From NCBI RefSeq assembly GCF_011386835.1, contig NC_088793.1, forward strand, positions 153,512,001 to 153,576,000: a DNA stretch of 64,000 nt. The letters are read 5' to 3'. The number at the start of each line of letters is the position of its first letter. The stretch's first letter is position 1. This document shows, in pieces, positions 25,101-37,100 of the stretch. This stretch comes from Chrysemys picta bellii. Lineage: Eukaryota. Under the pieces are notes generated by a model. That model was not told where the DNA came from. It was given only the letters and a program-made list of their open reading frames with translations, and ran no database searches. The translations under genes were made by a program, and so were the position numbers.

Positions 25101-28100
25101 CTTGGACTTTCAGAAAGCCTTTGATAAGGTCCCTCATCAAAGGCTCTGAAGCAAAATAAGTCATGGAATAAGAGGGAAGGTCCTCTCATGGATTAGTAAC
25201 TGGTTAAAAGACAGGAAACAAAGGGTAGGAATATATGGTCAGTTTTCACAATGGAGAGAGGGCTGGGTCCCCCAAGATTCTGTACTGAGACCTGTGCAAT
25301 TCAAAATACTCATAAAATGATCTGAACAAGGGGGTGAACAGTGAGGTGGCAAAATGTGCAGATAGTTAAGTCCAAAACTGACTGCAAAGAGTTACAATGG
25401 GATCTCACTAAACTGGATGACTGAACGACTAAAGACAGATGAAATTCAATGTTGATAAATGCAAAGTAGTGCACTTTCAAAAAAAATAATACCAAGTATA
25501 CATACAAAATAATAGGGGCTAAATTAGCTGTTCCTACTCATGAAAACATCATCAGGGATAGTGCTTTGAGAACACCCACTCAATGTGCAGCAGCTCTCAT
25601 CAAAGCTAACAGAATTTTAGGAACCAGTAGCAAAGGGATAGATAATAAAACAGAAATATCATAATGCCACTATATAAATCCATGGTATGTCCACACCGTG
25701 AATGCAGTTCTGGTCAGCCCATCTCAAAAACAATATATTAGAATTGGCAGAGGTGCAGAGAAGGTGCAACAAAAATGATTAGGGGTATGGAACAGCTTCC
25801 ATATGAGGAGAGATTAAAAAGATTGGTATTATTCTGCTTAAAATAGAGACGACTAAGGGGCAATATGATAGATGGTTTTGAGCAAGTGAATAGGGCAGTG
25901 TTATTTACTCCCACACGTAACACAAGAACTAAGGGTTCATGGAGGATAGGTTCACCAATGGCTATTAGCCAAGAGGGTCAGGGATGCTACCCCATGCTTT
26001 GGGATTCCCTAAACCTCCAACTGCCAGAAGCTGGGCATGAAATACAGATCACTGGAAACTGCCCTATTCTGTGCTTTCCCTCTGAAGCATTTGGCATCAG
26101 CCCCTGTCAGAGACAGGGCTAGATGGACCATTGGTCTGACCTAGTATGGCTGTTTTTATGTTCTTATTTATCAAAGCATCTGCAGTTCTCATTTTAGGGC
26201 AGGGTGACGCAGCTAAAAACAAAATCCAGTGAGCAGTTCAATAAACACAATTTAAGAATAACTCCTTGCAGATCTTTAGTTTTAATTTCTGTCACTTACT
26301 GGCAGCTGGAGGGTTAAAAACTAATTGTAATTAAGGCTAAGTTTTTGTCATGGTTATTTTTAGTAAAAGTCACGGACCAGTCACGGGCAGTAAAAAAAAT
26401 TCATGGAAGCCATGACCGGTCCCTGACTTTTACTAAAAATATCCCTGACAAAAGGGGTTGGTGGGTTCAGCACCCATTGCTGCTGGGGCTTCTGGGTCCC
26501 CCACTACTGCAGTGCGTGGGAGCTCTGGGGTCCCCCTGCCCACAGGGCAGCTGGGCAGCTGCAGGGGTCCTTCCTCCACCCACTGTAGCTAGGAACTGCG
26601 AGGAGTCCCCCTGCCCACCGCAGCTGGAGAGCTCAGGGTCCCCCTGCCAGCTATACAAATATGAAAGGGAGCTGCGGGGGACGGGGGGCTGGCTGGGAGC
26701 GCCAGCCCCGGGGCAGAAAATGTCACGGAGAGCAATGGAAGTCACAGATTCCGTGACCTCCATGAGCTCCATGACATAATCATAGCTTTAATCATTATCA
26801 AGGCTGTAACCTTGGAACAAAAGGGCTGCCTCTGTTATCCATGAATACTCATTTGGATAACGTCAAAGTTCATGTCTCAACTCTTCTTTTACTGCAAGGC
26901 AGATGCCATGATAAGATATGTCGTGCTCCTCTGTCATTGTGTTTGGCTCAGTTCCACTAGCTAAATTAATACGAGGAGGACTGGAAGCCAATTTTAGCAC
27001 TGTCACACAGTCTGCCTGTGAGATCAGGCAAGTCACTTAACTTACCTGTGCCTCAGGTTCTCCCACCTATAAACCAGGGCTGAAGATACTTGCTTAACTT
27101 GCACAGATATTACTAGCACTAATTAAATGATTTGTAAAACATTTGAAGACAGAAAACACTTCCTAAACTAAATATTATTTTTGAATGGGTTTAAGGGAAA
27201 AACTACAGAGGTAATTCACACAAATATGAAAGAGTTAGGGCAAAAATCTGATATTCCATCTGCTAAGCACAATTTTTTTTCCATGAAATTTCTATGAAAG
27301 TGATTTTTTCCCACTGGATGCAAATAATGAGTTTACTTGAGGGGGAGGGAACTAATTTTGTCACCAAAAATTACACTTTGCTAACAGAAGGTGGAAACAT
27401 TTTGTCTGGGGTCAGCTTGGCCAATGTTTTAAGGATCCTGGATTTCATTGGATCAGGTAGGGAAGCTGTGACGGTCCACGCCCCTAAGGTTGCGAGTGGC
27501 ATGAACTATCCGCCACCTTCCATCAAATAGCCCTTCAGTCCAGGGCAGTATGGCCTAGTGGCCAGAGTCTATGACGTCCCCTTTTCCTCAAGGAGACACG
27601 GCCTGATGACAGGAGTCTGTAACACAGCCCTCGGGTGGAGGGTAGCGTGACCTAGCGGCCAGCATCCCAGAAGCAACCCTCGGGTGGAGGGTAGCATGGC
27701 ATAGCAGCCAGCGTCCATGTCATTGGGGTGCAACAGCCCCAGTAGGGGGGCCCCGACCCGGGGCCCTAACAGTAGCATAGTGCTTTTCCACCAACTCAGC
27801 GGGGGGTTCTGACTGAAACACGCTGAGTTTCCCCGGGAAGATACCACTCTGTCACCTTCCCAGGGTCCCTTCTTACTAGGCTCTCCGTTGGGGTCTCCCA
27901 GGAGTTGTTGGGTCCTTGCTACTCAGCGGATTCGGTCATCCCCTGGGTCTCCTCCAACCGCCTGCAGGCCGTAGACAGTTTCTCTTCCCGGTGCAGCCAA
28001 CGGCTGTGGCTGGTCTGCCGCAGGAGTTGCCCCGGCAGGTCCTTCTCCTACAGGCTCCAGCCCAGAATGAGCTGGTCTCCCTCCCTTTATACTCCTATAG

Positions 28101-31100
28101 CACTTGGAGCATGCCCAGTCCGCCCAGGGAGGCAGGACTTCCGCTGCCAGTCCCTGGGGCTTAACTCCTTCCGGGCTAAGGTGGGGTAGCCTGGCCCTGC
28201 CACACAAGCCATCGGAGATTCTTACTAACTTCTTAAAGTAGAATCCACCTTTATACCCCTCATCCCCACCCCACATCTTTACTGGACTATGCAGCTAGCA
28301 TTTCAGTCACTAAAATTAGAGACCTGGATTAGAACTTTGTCATTCCTGGGTTCATGTGCTCATTTCATGTAGCCTATTAAGCCTCCCTTCCCTCCAGTCT
28401 TTCCAAATCCCAGCTCTCCAGATTCCAGTGTGTGCAGAATGTCACACGCTGCCTTCTTTCTCACACGTATTGTACAAAGAAGTGTGACATCCCCATCCCC
28501 ATCCTGAAACAACTCTACTGCCTCCCCATTCATTGCAGGGTCCAGTACAAAACTACACTCCAGGGGTGAAATCCTGGCTCCACTGACGTCAATTTATCCC
28601 CATATGTTCCAAGCATTTCATGGATGTGTACACCAGTCTACCTTGTCCTCTATCTCTAGCTCCCGCTCAAATCCCTGCCCTCACCTAGCATCAAACTCCA
28701 GTGTCTGCCTTCACACAGTAATCTGGTACCTATTGGTGGGAGAGCCTTCTTCTCTGCAACTCTGGCCATTAGAACAGCCTCTCTGTATCACTCTGCTTCA
28801 ATGAGACTCCATATAAATTCACATCTCTTCTGAATACATATCCTTTATTTGGACTACACCTCTTAACATTCCCCTCTTCTATACTTTATTCTTGTCACTT
28901 TAATTCTGGAGACATTTTGAGAAACTTGTGTGTGTGGCAGACGTTAAGCAAACTGAAGTTGTACTGTCAAAGATGGGCCTTTCCAGGATTTGCTGTTGGC
29001 TTCTTATATTTTTGGAGATGCCATTTGAGTCGATGAACTGACCTAAGGTGAGAAAAATACTTAGTTCAATTTTGCTTTTTGTTTGGATGCTTCCCTATCT
29101 GTTCGTCTCCATGCCTCTCCTCTTTCAACACTGAAATCTCTTAGGAAAGCTGGAGGTTCTCAGAAAGGCATCTCTCTGGGTAGGCTTTGTTATCTGCAAT
29201 CTCTTTGATGGTTGCCTACAATTGCATAAGACTAGATGACAGGTAAGAATCTTTGGAGTTTAAAAGGCACGGAAGATTTCTTTATCTGATCAGCATCTCT
29301 GACAAGGGGAAGCTCTTATTCTCATCAGAATAACATCCAGTGATATCTGCTAAAAAAACAAACCCACTGCAGTGGGAGCTGATACGAGATATAAATCATG
29401 GCCAGTGTGGCAGTAAATACTCAGCAGAGTGGGAAGAAGCCCATTTTTTGTCTCCAGAATGCTCTGCTCCTTCCATTTGATGTGTGAATTCCAGGTGCCC
29501 TGTAGATGTTTTACAAAATGCTTAATTGCTGGTTGGGAGCAAGGTTCCAACAAACTTTATATATTTAAGAAAGTGGTTTGTTAAAAATTGGCAGGTGGTT
29601 GGGAAAAGCTGTGAGTAGTTATTTGTATATTTAGTCCACCATCACATCACCATGCTGATATCTACAATGGACAGTTTGATTAATTTGGGTAAATGCTTTG
29701 CAGCATTATCTCCGGAAATATATCTAGGTGCTAAGTGCCTTTCATTTGTATTAAAGAATTTAGACAAGAAGCTTTTACTCTTGTTTTCAGCTATGATTCA
29801 TGTAACAAAATAGACCATGAAAAGTCCAGCCCTATAAGATAGGGAAAAACAAGTCAGGAAGACAAGAACCCTAACTGGGTAGTGACCACAGAGGGATTTG
29901 TACTATGCATCATCCTCTATATACTCATTAAATGTTTTACTTTCATTTTGGGAACATAGGAATTGCCCAACTGGATCAGACCAGTGGTCCGTTTAGTCTT
30001 TACAGTGGCCAGTAATAGAAAATTCAGGGGAAGGTGAAAAATTCTGTGGTGGACCAAATAGAATAACCTGCCCATGGGCTAAATACCTTTCTGTCTCCTA
30101 TCAGTTAGGGATTAGTTTATGTCCTAAAGTGTGAAGGTTTATATCCTTTCTAATATTTTTAAAATCTTGTCTAATGTAACTGTGGCTCTTCTCATTATCC
30201 ATACAAATGTCTAATCCTTTCTTGAAATCTACTAGCCTCATGGTCATAAGACTGTGACCATGTGTTCCACAGGCTATGGTGCATAAAAATAACATTTCGT
30301 TTGATCGGTTTAATTAAATGGCCACTCATTCTTGCTTATGAGAGAGTAAGGTGGGAGCTCCCAAATTACTTTTTCTCTACCATTCATTATGGTCTACATT
30401 TCAGTCATGTTCCTTCCGATTCCTTGCCTTTCTAAACTACACTCCTTTCCAAATGCTTCTCCAACAGAAGTCTCTAAGCATTTGTATCCCCTGTCTGTGA
30501 ACCCTTTGTCTTGTTTCCTTTTAGATGGAATGACCAAAATTGCACATTCCAGGCGAGAATGTAACAATGACTTATATAATAGCATTCTAATATTTTCAGT
30601 GTTTTCTATTCCATTCCTTATGCACCCTTGCTTTTCTGACCATGGTTGTATATTGAGCAAAGACTTTCCTTGAATGATCTACAATGGTGCCCAAGTTTCT
30701 TTATTGAGTATTTACAGTTAATTTAAAACCCAGCAAGGAGTAAGAGTAGTCCAATTATTCCTTCCAATATTTGTGTTGCATTTGTCAATATTCAGTTTCA
30801 TCAGCTGCCATAATGTTGCATTAATAGTTGTCCCATCTTGTGGGAAGAGAAACAGGGGTGGTAAAAAAACCAGTCCTGTATCCAGCCTTGAGGTGCAACA
30901 CATAAACCCAGTTCACTTGAGATAAAAGAGCAAATCCATTAGCTGTGATAATAGCCAGCTTGTAATTCTGTGGGCTCTGTTCCCCAGAAGGATGGTGCAC
31001 GTGCACTAAGGCATTGTATTACACTTCTGTGACTCTTTATCACAAAGTAGGATCACAGGGAGTGATTAAAAATAGCAACCAAACCAGAATGAAAGAATCA

Positions 31101-34100
31101 GGGTGGTACTGTTGCTCTGTCAGAGTTGAGATTGTGTTTCATTTTGTACTTAAAGTGGAGAGTTCAAGCTCTTTTTTTTTTTACGTGAAAAAATGTATCT
31201 GCCCAAATTTTCAGCACATAATCTCTCAGTAAAGCTTGAATTTTCTGAGCAGTTTCAAGAAAATCAGTTAATTAGTCTGAGCTCCAATCAATTAAAAATT
31301 GGCCCCCAAAAAAGGTTCACATTTTGAGTCTTGTGATTTTTCTGGGCTTGTGACAGGAGGTACCAGGCTTTCTCTGCCCCTTGCTGGAGGCGTTGCCTCC
31401 CTGACACACTCTCCCAACAGAAGGGTGTGACTGTGGAAAAAGAGCCAGTGAGCTTGCACCTCCAAGCACAGCTTAGAGAAGCCACTCAGGCTCTTGTACT
31501 GGTTGAGTCAACAAACTTGGTTTTCCAGGGGCTAAAGGGGGAGAGAAGAGGCAGTAGCCAATCAGGGCTACTAGATGAGATAAGAAGTCTTGCCTGATTC
31601 TTCTGAGGGTGAATTCTGGTTGGAGCTGGGACAAGAGAAGAGTTCCCTGAACCTAGCCCAAAGAACCCAGGCCTGCGTCAGGGCTAAACAATCTAAACTG
31701 CAGTTAAAGTGGGCAATAAACTGGTGGTAGTGGTAGTGGAGTTTGAAAACCCTAGAGGCCCTTTTGAGTTGAATTTCAATCAATTGATATATGACTAGCA
31801 AGGGGTGTTGGACAAGAGGCTTTGCTCCTGGTGAACTTTGACAAGGCCCCTTAAAAGCTATTCACTGTAGAAAGCCATCCTCCCTAAACAAATGAAGTGT
31901 GATTTTTCCAGAATATAAGGTGGATGGGGGTGGGGGGAAACCGGGGAAAGTGTGACTGTTAACGTTAGTGGGGAGATTGGGGAAGGGGGTTGGAAGGCTG
32001 GCATCCCTACTGGGACAGAGTTAAGGTGGTGGTGCTAGCTCTAGTGGGGAAATATGGCATCTCCAGGTGGAGGAGTAAGAAGTTGGTCATATGAGATGCC
32101 TTAACTTTTCATTTCCTTGCTTTTGTGGTTTTATGTTATGCATAGAGCCACCTTAAGTCACACACAACACTGTGTTTTTGTGTACTGGTATATGTTAGAG
32201 ATGGGCCTGCAGTGAAACTCTAGATCCTAACACACCTGATTTATGGCTGCATCCCTTGAGTATAAGACACTTGTGTTCTGTTCTCTTCTAGATGGAACCA
32301 GTTGGGCAGAAGGAACATTATCATTATACAGAGATGCTTCAGGCCCAGTGCCCATCTCAGGTAAGAGGCTTTCTTTTTAATGTGGGATTTTAACTGCTTC
32401 TTACAGAATTTCCAAGTTATCTAACTGTTTATACAGATGTGTGTCTGTTTTAAGAGACTACTGCTCATTCCTAAATGTGTGGGGACACACTTCCTGAGTC
32501 TGCTCACAAAGCTTTAGGTTACAAATGGCCTCTAAGCTGCTTTAACTATTTTGTATTCTTAAAATGCTGAACCACTGAGGATGTTTGCCTGAAAACTGGA
32601 CCTCTTGGCAGCGTGTAGTTAAACCACCTTGCCACACTGGATCTTTCATACTGGTTCAGATGCTGGGTGCATCTTATCTGAAATGAACAAAGTGAATTAT
32701 TCTTTAAAGGGAGAGAACTGTCTGTATTTGGTTCAATTTCAGCAGAAAAATGGAGTCCCACACAGAGTGAAGAACTTGGACCAACGGTGACTTGTCTGAT
32801 CTGAAAGTGACGAATTGTCTTCAGCAGCAGCTGATTGTCTTTCTGTTATGGCCATTAAATGTATCTTATCTCTGCAGGAGTATCCATATTTGTTCACATA
32901 CAGAAATAGTAACTACTCATCTTCCCCTCGGACATCACAGCCTGAAGCCCTGTCTCAGGTACAAACAGCCTTGGCATAGCATATAAGTTAATACATGACT
33001 ACCCTGGATGGGTGGGACTGGATCGGTGGGGTTGGTACAAGAGTGTTGTTGTCTCATGAACAGTATTACATGGGGACAACTGTGAATCCAAAGCCTGAGA
33101 CTCTTTGCTTCCATGCTGTGAATGGTTGAGGATTAAAAAACTTATATTGCTGCCACATTCTTACCTACCTGGATTTTGTGTAGCATGGGCCAAATTGTCT
33201 TCGGTCAGCAGTGAAGACTGAAGACAAGGCCTCAGGCTAAAAAGGGTGTGTTTTTTATTTAAGGTAACTAACATGGATGAGCTACCCCGAAGTAAAAACA
33301 CAGTGAAGGCAAGACAAGTTAGGTTTACTGCAAGATAAAGTAGGCAAGGTCAACCTCAAGCTAACTTTGTTGAGTTTAAATTGTGGTCCAACTGAGTTGC
33401 CTTGTCTTCACTGTGTTTTTACCTCGGGATAGCTCACTCGTATTAGTTATCCTGAGGTTAAAAAAAAAAAAAAGAACCTTTCTGGCCTTGAATACAAGAC
33501 TGAAGTGCAGGGATGTTGGGCAATGTAATGTTACTACAGTGCTGAACATTGCAAAGGTGATATTATCCATTGTCATGAGTAAGAGTTCAGTGTGCATCAT
33601 GGACCAGCACTCCTAGTGACCCATGTGAGATGTGGGCTGGTATTGCTTGTCCTAGGTCTGATTCTCATCTCATTTACTTTAGTGTAACGCCACAGATTTC
33701 ATTAATTACTCCTGACTTACACCTGCATAAGGGATGACAGTATTGGGCCAGTCACTTTTCAGGGTGTGAGGAGATGAGAAGGAACAGTATGGCATGAAGA
33801 AAAGGAGACCTAGAAGACAAGGATTGGCGAGTCATAAGGCCAAAGTTCTCCCACTCAAACCAGATAACTCCCCACTTTGTCACTGTATTGGAGAGATATA
33901 GAACACACACATGTGGGGTCTTGTCCCAAGGGAATACTCACACCTAGATACCCAGGGTCAATCTAGAAGTTACACCCTGCTGAGTGGGTGGCGGGATCCA
34001 GAAGAACCCAGGCCTGTCCATCAAAACCTGTAAGGAGATTGGCACTAAAGGAGGTAACCAGATGGATAGGGGGCACTACACAAGTTAAGCAATATAATTG

Positions 34101-37100
34101 TTTAAATAAATGTTAATCAATTTATTTTATCCTCCTAGTTAGCAAAAAGAAGCACAAAATTCACAATAAAGGATATATTTAGTTTCAAATCAACATGTTT
34201 TAATGGTTATCAATCAATGAGGATCCATCTTTCTTTAAGAAAATAGTTAAAAAGTACAAATGCAAAACATGATTAGAAATCAATGATTTAAATCAAATGT
34301 TCCTGCTTGTTGATTTGAATCATTATTAAAATTGGTGATATAAAAAAACTAGGATAAAAAAATCAAGGGGGATTAAATTTAGGACTCTCACCGTCAAAAG
34401 AACAAGCCCCTACCATTTGAGACGAAGGAACAATTCCATTAGCTATGATTAAGTAGCAGGCTTTTAATTTTATGGGCACCCCCCACCAGAAGAGTGGTGC
34501 ACACACACTAAGTCATTCTATAACACTTCTGTGACTTTGCCATTAAATAGGATTACAGCGCAGGAGTGAATACAAATAACAAACAAGACAAAATGAAAAA
34601 ATTTTGAAAAAAGTTAAGGTTGCTTTTAGTTTTGCACCTCCAGGGGGAGTTCTAGCGTGTGACTATGGGTGTTGATTATCTATGTTGGATGAAGATTTCT
34701 GATACCCTGAGAGAGGGATTGGTGATAAATGACCTGGTAGGAAGACCAAGCCTTCAAAAGAAGAAGGGGACCCCCTGGACATCCAGAGGAAGCACTCGAG
34801 AGGTGGAAACTTGGCTTAGTCATGCCCAATTGTTAGGAGATGCTCTAACCAGTGGGTCATCCCCTAACAGAAGCAAATCAGTTTTGAAGAGAGCCAAATA
34901 TATAACTTGCCAAATATAACAAATATATAACTTGCCAAAAGCATAAGCCACCAGATGTGCCTATTTGTGTGCAATAATTAAATGGTGTGGAATTCAGTTT
35001 CACTTTAGGAAATTCAGGAAGATCTCAGTTTGTTTTTATATATAAATCCCTAGGGACACCAAACATTTATCACCGTCAGTCCGTAAAAGGCCTCATATAA
35101 TGTCTCATACTGTGTGTACTTCCAGGAAAGGAGCTATGGGACAAGCATTCCCTGTTTTGATCGAAATCCCTCTAATACGGTTCCTGTTTCAGGTACAGAT
35201 TTTTTTTTTAAATCTTTATTGGAGAGCTGTTTCAATTGATCTTAAAGGGACACTGTCAACTAGTTTTATGCGCGAAATGTAACTTTTTTTAAAGTATTAA
35301 TTGATTTCATTAATGTAAAAAATATTTCAGTAATAAAAGACGCAGCTTTAGGTGGCTATTTAAAAATTCCCCTGTGGTGTTTATAAAGCCACATACACAG
35401 AATTGGCCTTAAGTATAGGTGAACTACAAAGTAAAACTGGCAAAAGGCAGAAAATGAAGCTAACCAGTCTGCCCAAGTACTAGTATGTGCAATTATAATA
35501 AATCTCTACGTCTTTAGCCCCATACAGTCAATGATCTCAAAGCGCTCTATGAACAGTAATGATTTAAGCCTCCTAGCATGCCAATGAGTCAGTGGACTCT
35601 GATTATCCCCACTGGACAGATGGGGAAACTGAGGCACAGATAGCAGCCATAATGTCGCACAGGATAAGGAAGTGAAGGAGCACCTAGGTCTCTAACAACC
35701 CAGCTTAACTGCAAATGCCACCACCTTCTCCAAAAATTTAAAAATAAAACAGTAAAAATGATGAAAAAAATTAGATATTTAGTGTTGTTTCAGTTTAAAC
35801 AGCCTAAGGTCAAGGAAACATGTTGAAACATTTTATTTTTTATAGTTCTTATCCCTTTACTTACAGGTAGCTTTCTCAGAGGTAGATGTGAATTACTGAC
35901 AGATGCTTCCAGTATCACAGGTTTCTCTGACCTTAGCCTTTAATGTGTTCTCGAGAGCTCCCCTGCAGACAAAGAACAGAAATGGATCATTGCAGACTCC
36001 TAGTACAGCGCCTGCTTTGCGATAGTGGGAGTTCTTTAGATAAGATTGAAAGACTTTTCAGTCAAATTCTGGTTAAATTATCTGATTGGCTTAATATCAA
36101 TCAGGTTTGTATCTAAGTTGGATGTATTCTTCCCAATTAAGTCATTGTTTACTAATCACACTGAATGGTCCATTCTGTAAAATACCTTGGAGTCATCTGC
36201 CTACCTATAATTGTGGATGGTAGTGCTGTCTAACAGTTAGTTCTGCTGATCGTGGGCCAGAGAAATGGGAGTTTAATTTCCCCTATGTTCAAAACCAACA
36301 GTGCTTTCAGGAACCTGTAATGTTATTCTGCAATTCAGAATTTACAGCTGTGATCTATCTTGTTCCTTTGGCAATTAAAATTTTATGTGCTCTTTTTTCA
36401 GTATAGTATCTTATAATGGATAATTTTTCTACATAAAGGTTCATTACTAAAAAAATAAATTCAAAAAGAGGCCAGTCATAGACGCAGGATATATATATAC
36501 ACATTCTTAAGAAGTCAAGAAATAAATCAGATGAAGGGAAAACAAATGTTGTGCATATAGAACATTTTTAATGTAGCAAGGTCAATATATGCATATTGGT
36601 GCATTGCCTTATATTAAAATGAGAATCTTCTTTCAGTTTTATTTGTCTCACATCACAAATTGAAATATAGTTAGGCATGGCAAAATTTGATTTTTTATTT
36701 TATTATTTAGACAGATATCTTTATTTTAAAGCATTTTTCTATTTTTAGCCATTTTAAATGTTCACGGTTGTGCAAAATTATGGTTTTAAGCATTTCACCC
36801 CCTATTTTTATCCATTTAAATTTTCACAGTTGAAGGAAACTATGGCAGGGGGAATCAGACAATGGGGGTGGGGATCAGACAATTATTTGATAGTAGATGG
36901 TGAGATTTAAGGCTTCATAACCGTTCAAACACGTCAGAATGTACAAAGTAAATATCTTTAACTCAAACTCTTAAGTTCTCAAGCTCCTTTTTTTCTTTGC
37001 CTATCTATAAATTCCAATTATTGATGAAAATATTGTCTTTTGTCGGTTTTTGTGTACAGTGAAATTGATGTTTACCAACACTTACCAATAAAGATCTAAT

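Larger units (their letters stand above)
21790..26168 (+). mobile_element. Decayed CR1 (ORF1 end, endonuclease, RT, 3' UTR) split by a second CR1
   Basis: 22014 [15 protein letters not shown]; sequence breaks at AGGTAGGCCAAG (22690) and resumes AAAGAATTTGAAGAACAACTAGC (about 24435); RT at 24937-25149; tail TTTATGTTCTTA. Confidence 0.88.

Noticed and set aside
27569-28276. ORFs of 82-117 aa
   Set aside because: Inside a GC-rich solo LTR; no gag/pol similarity seen.
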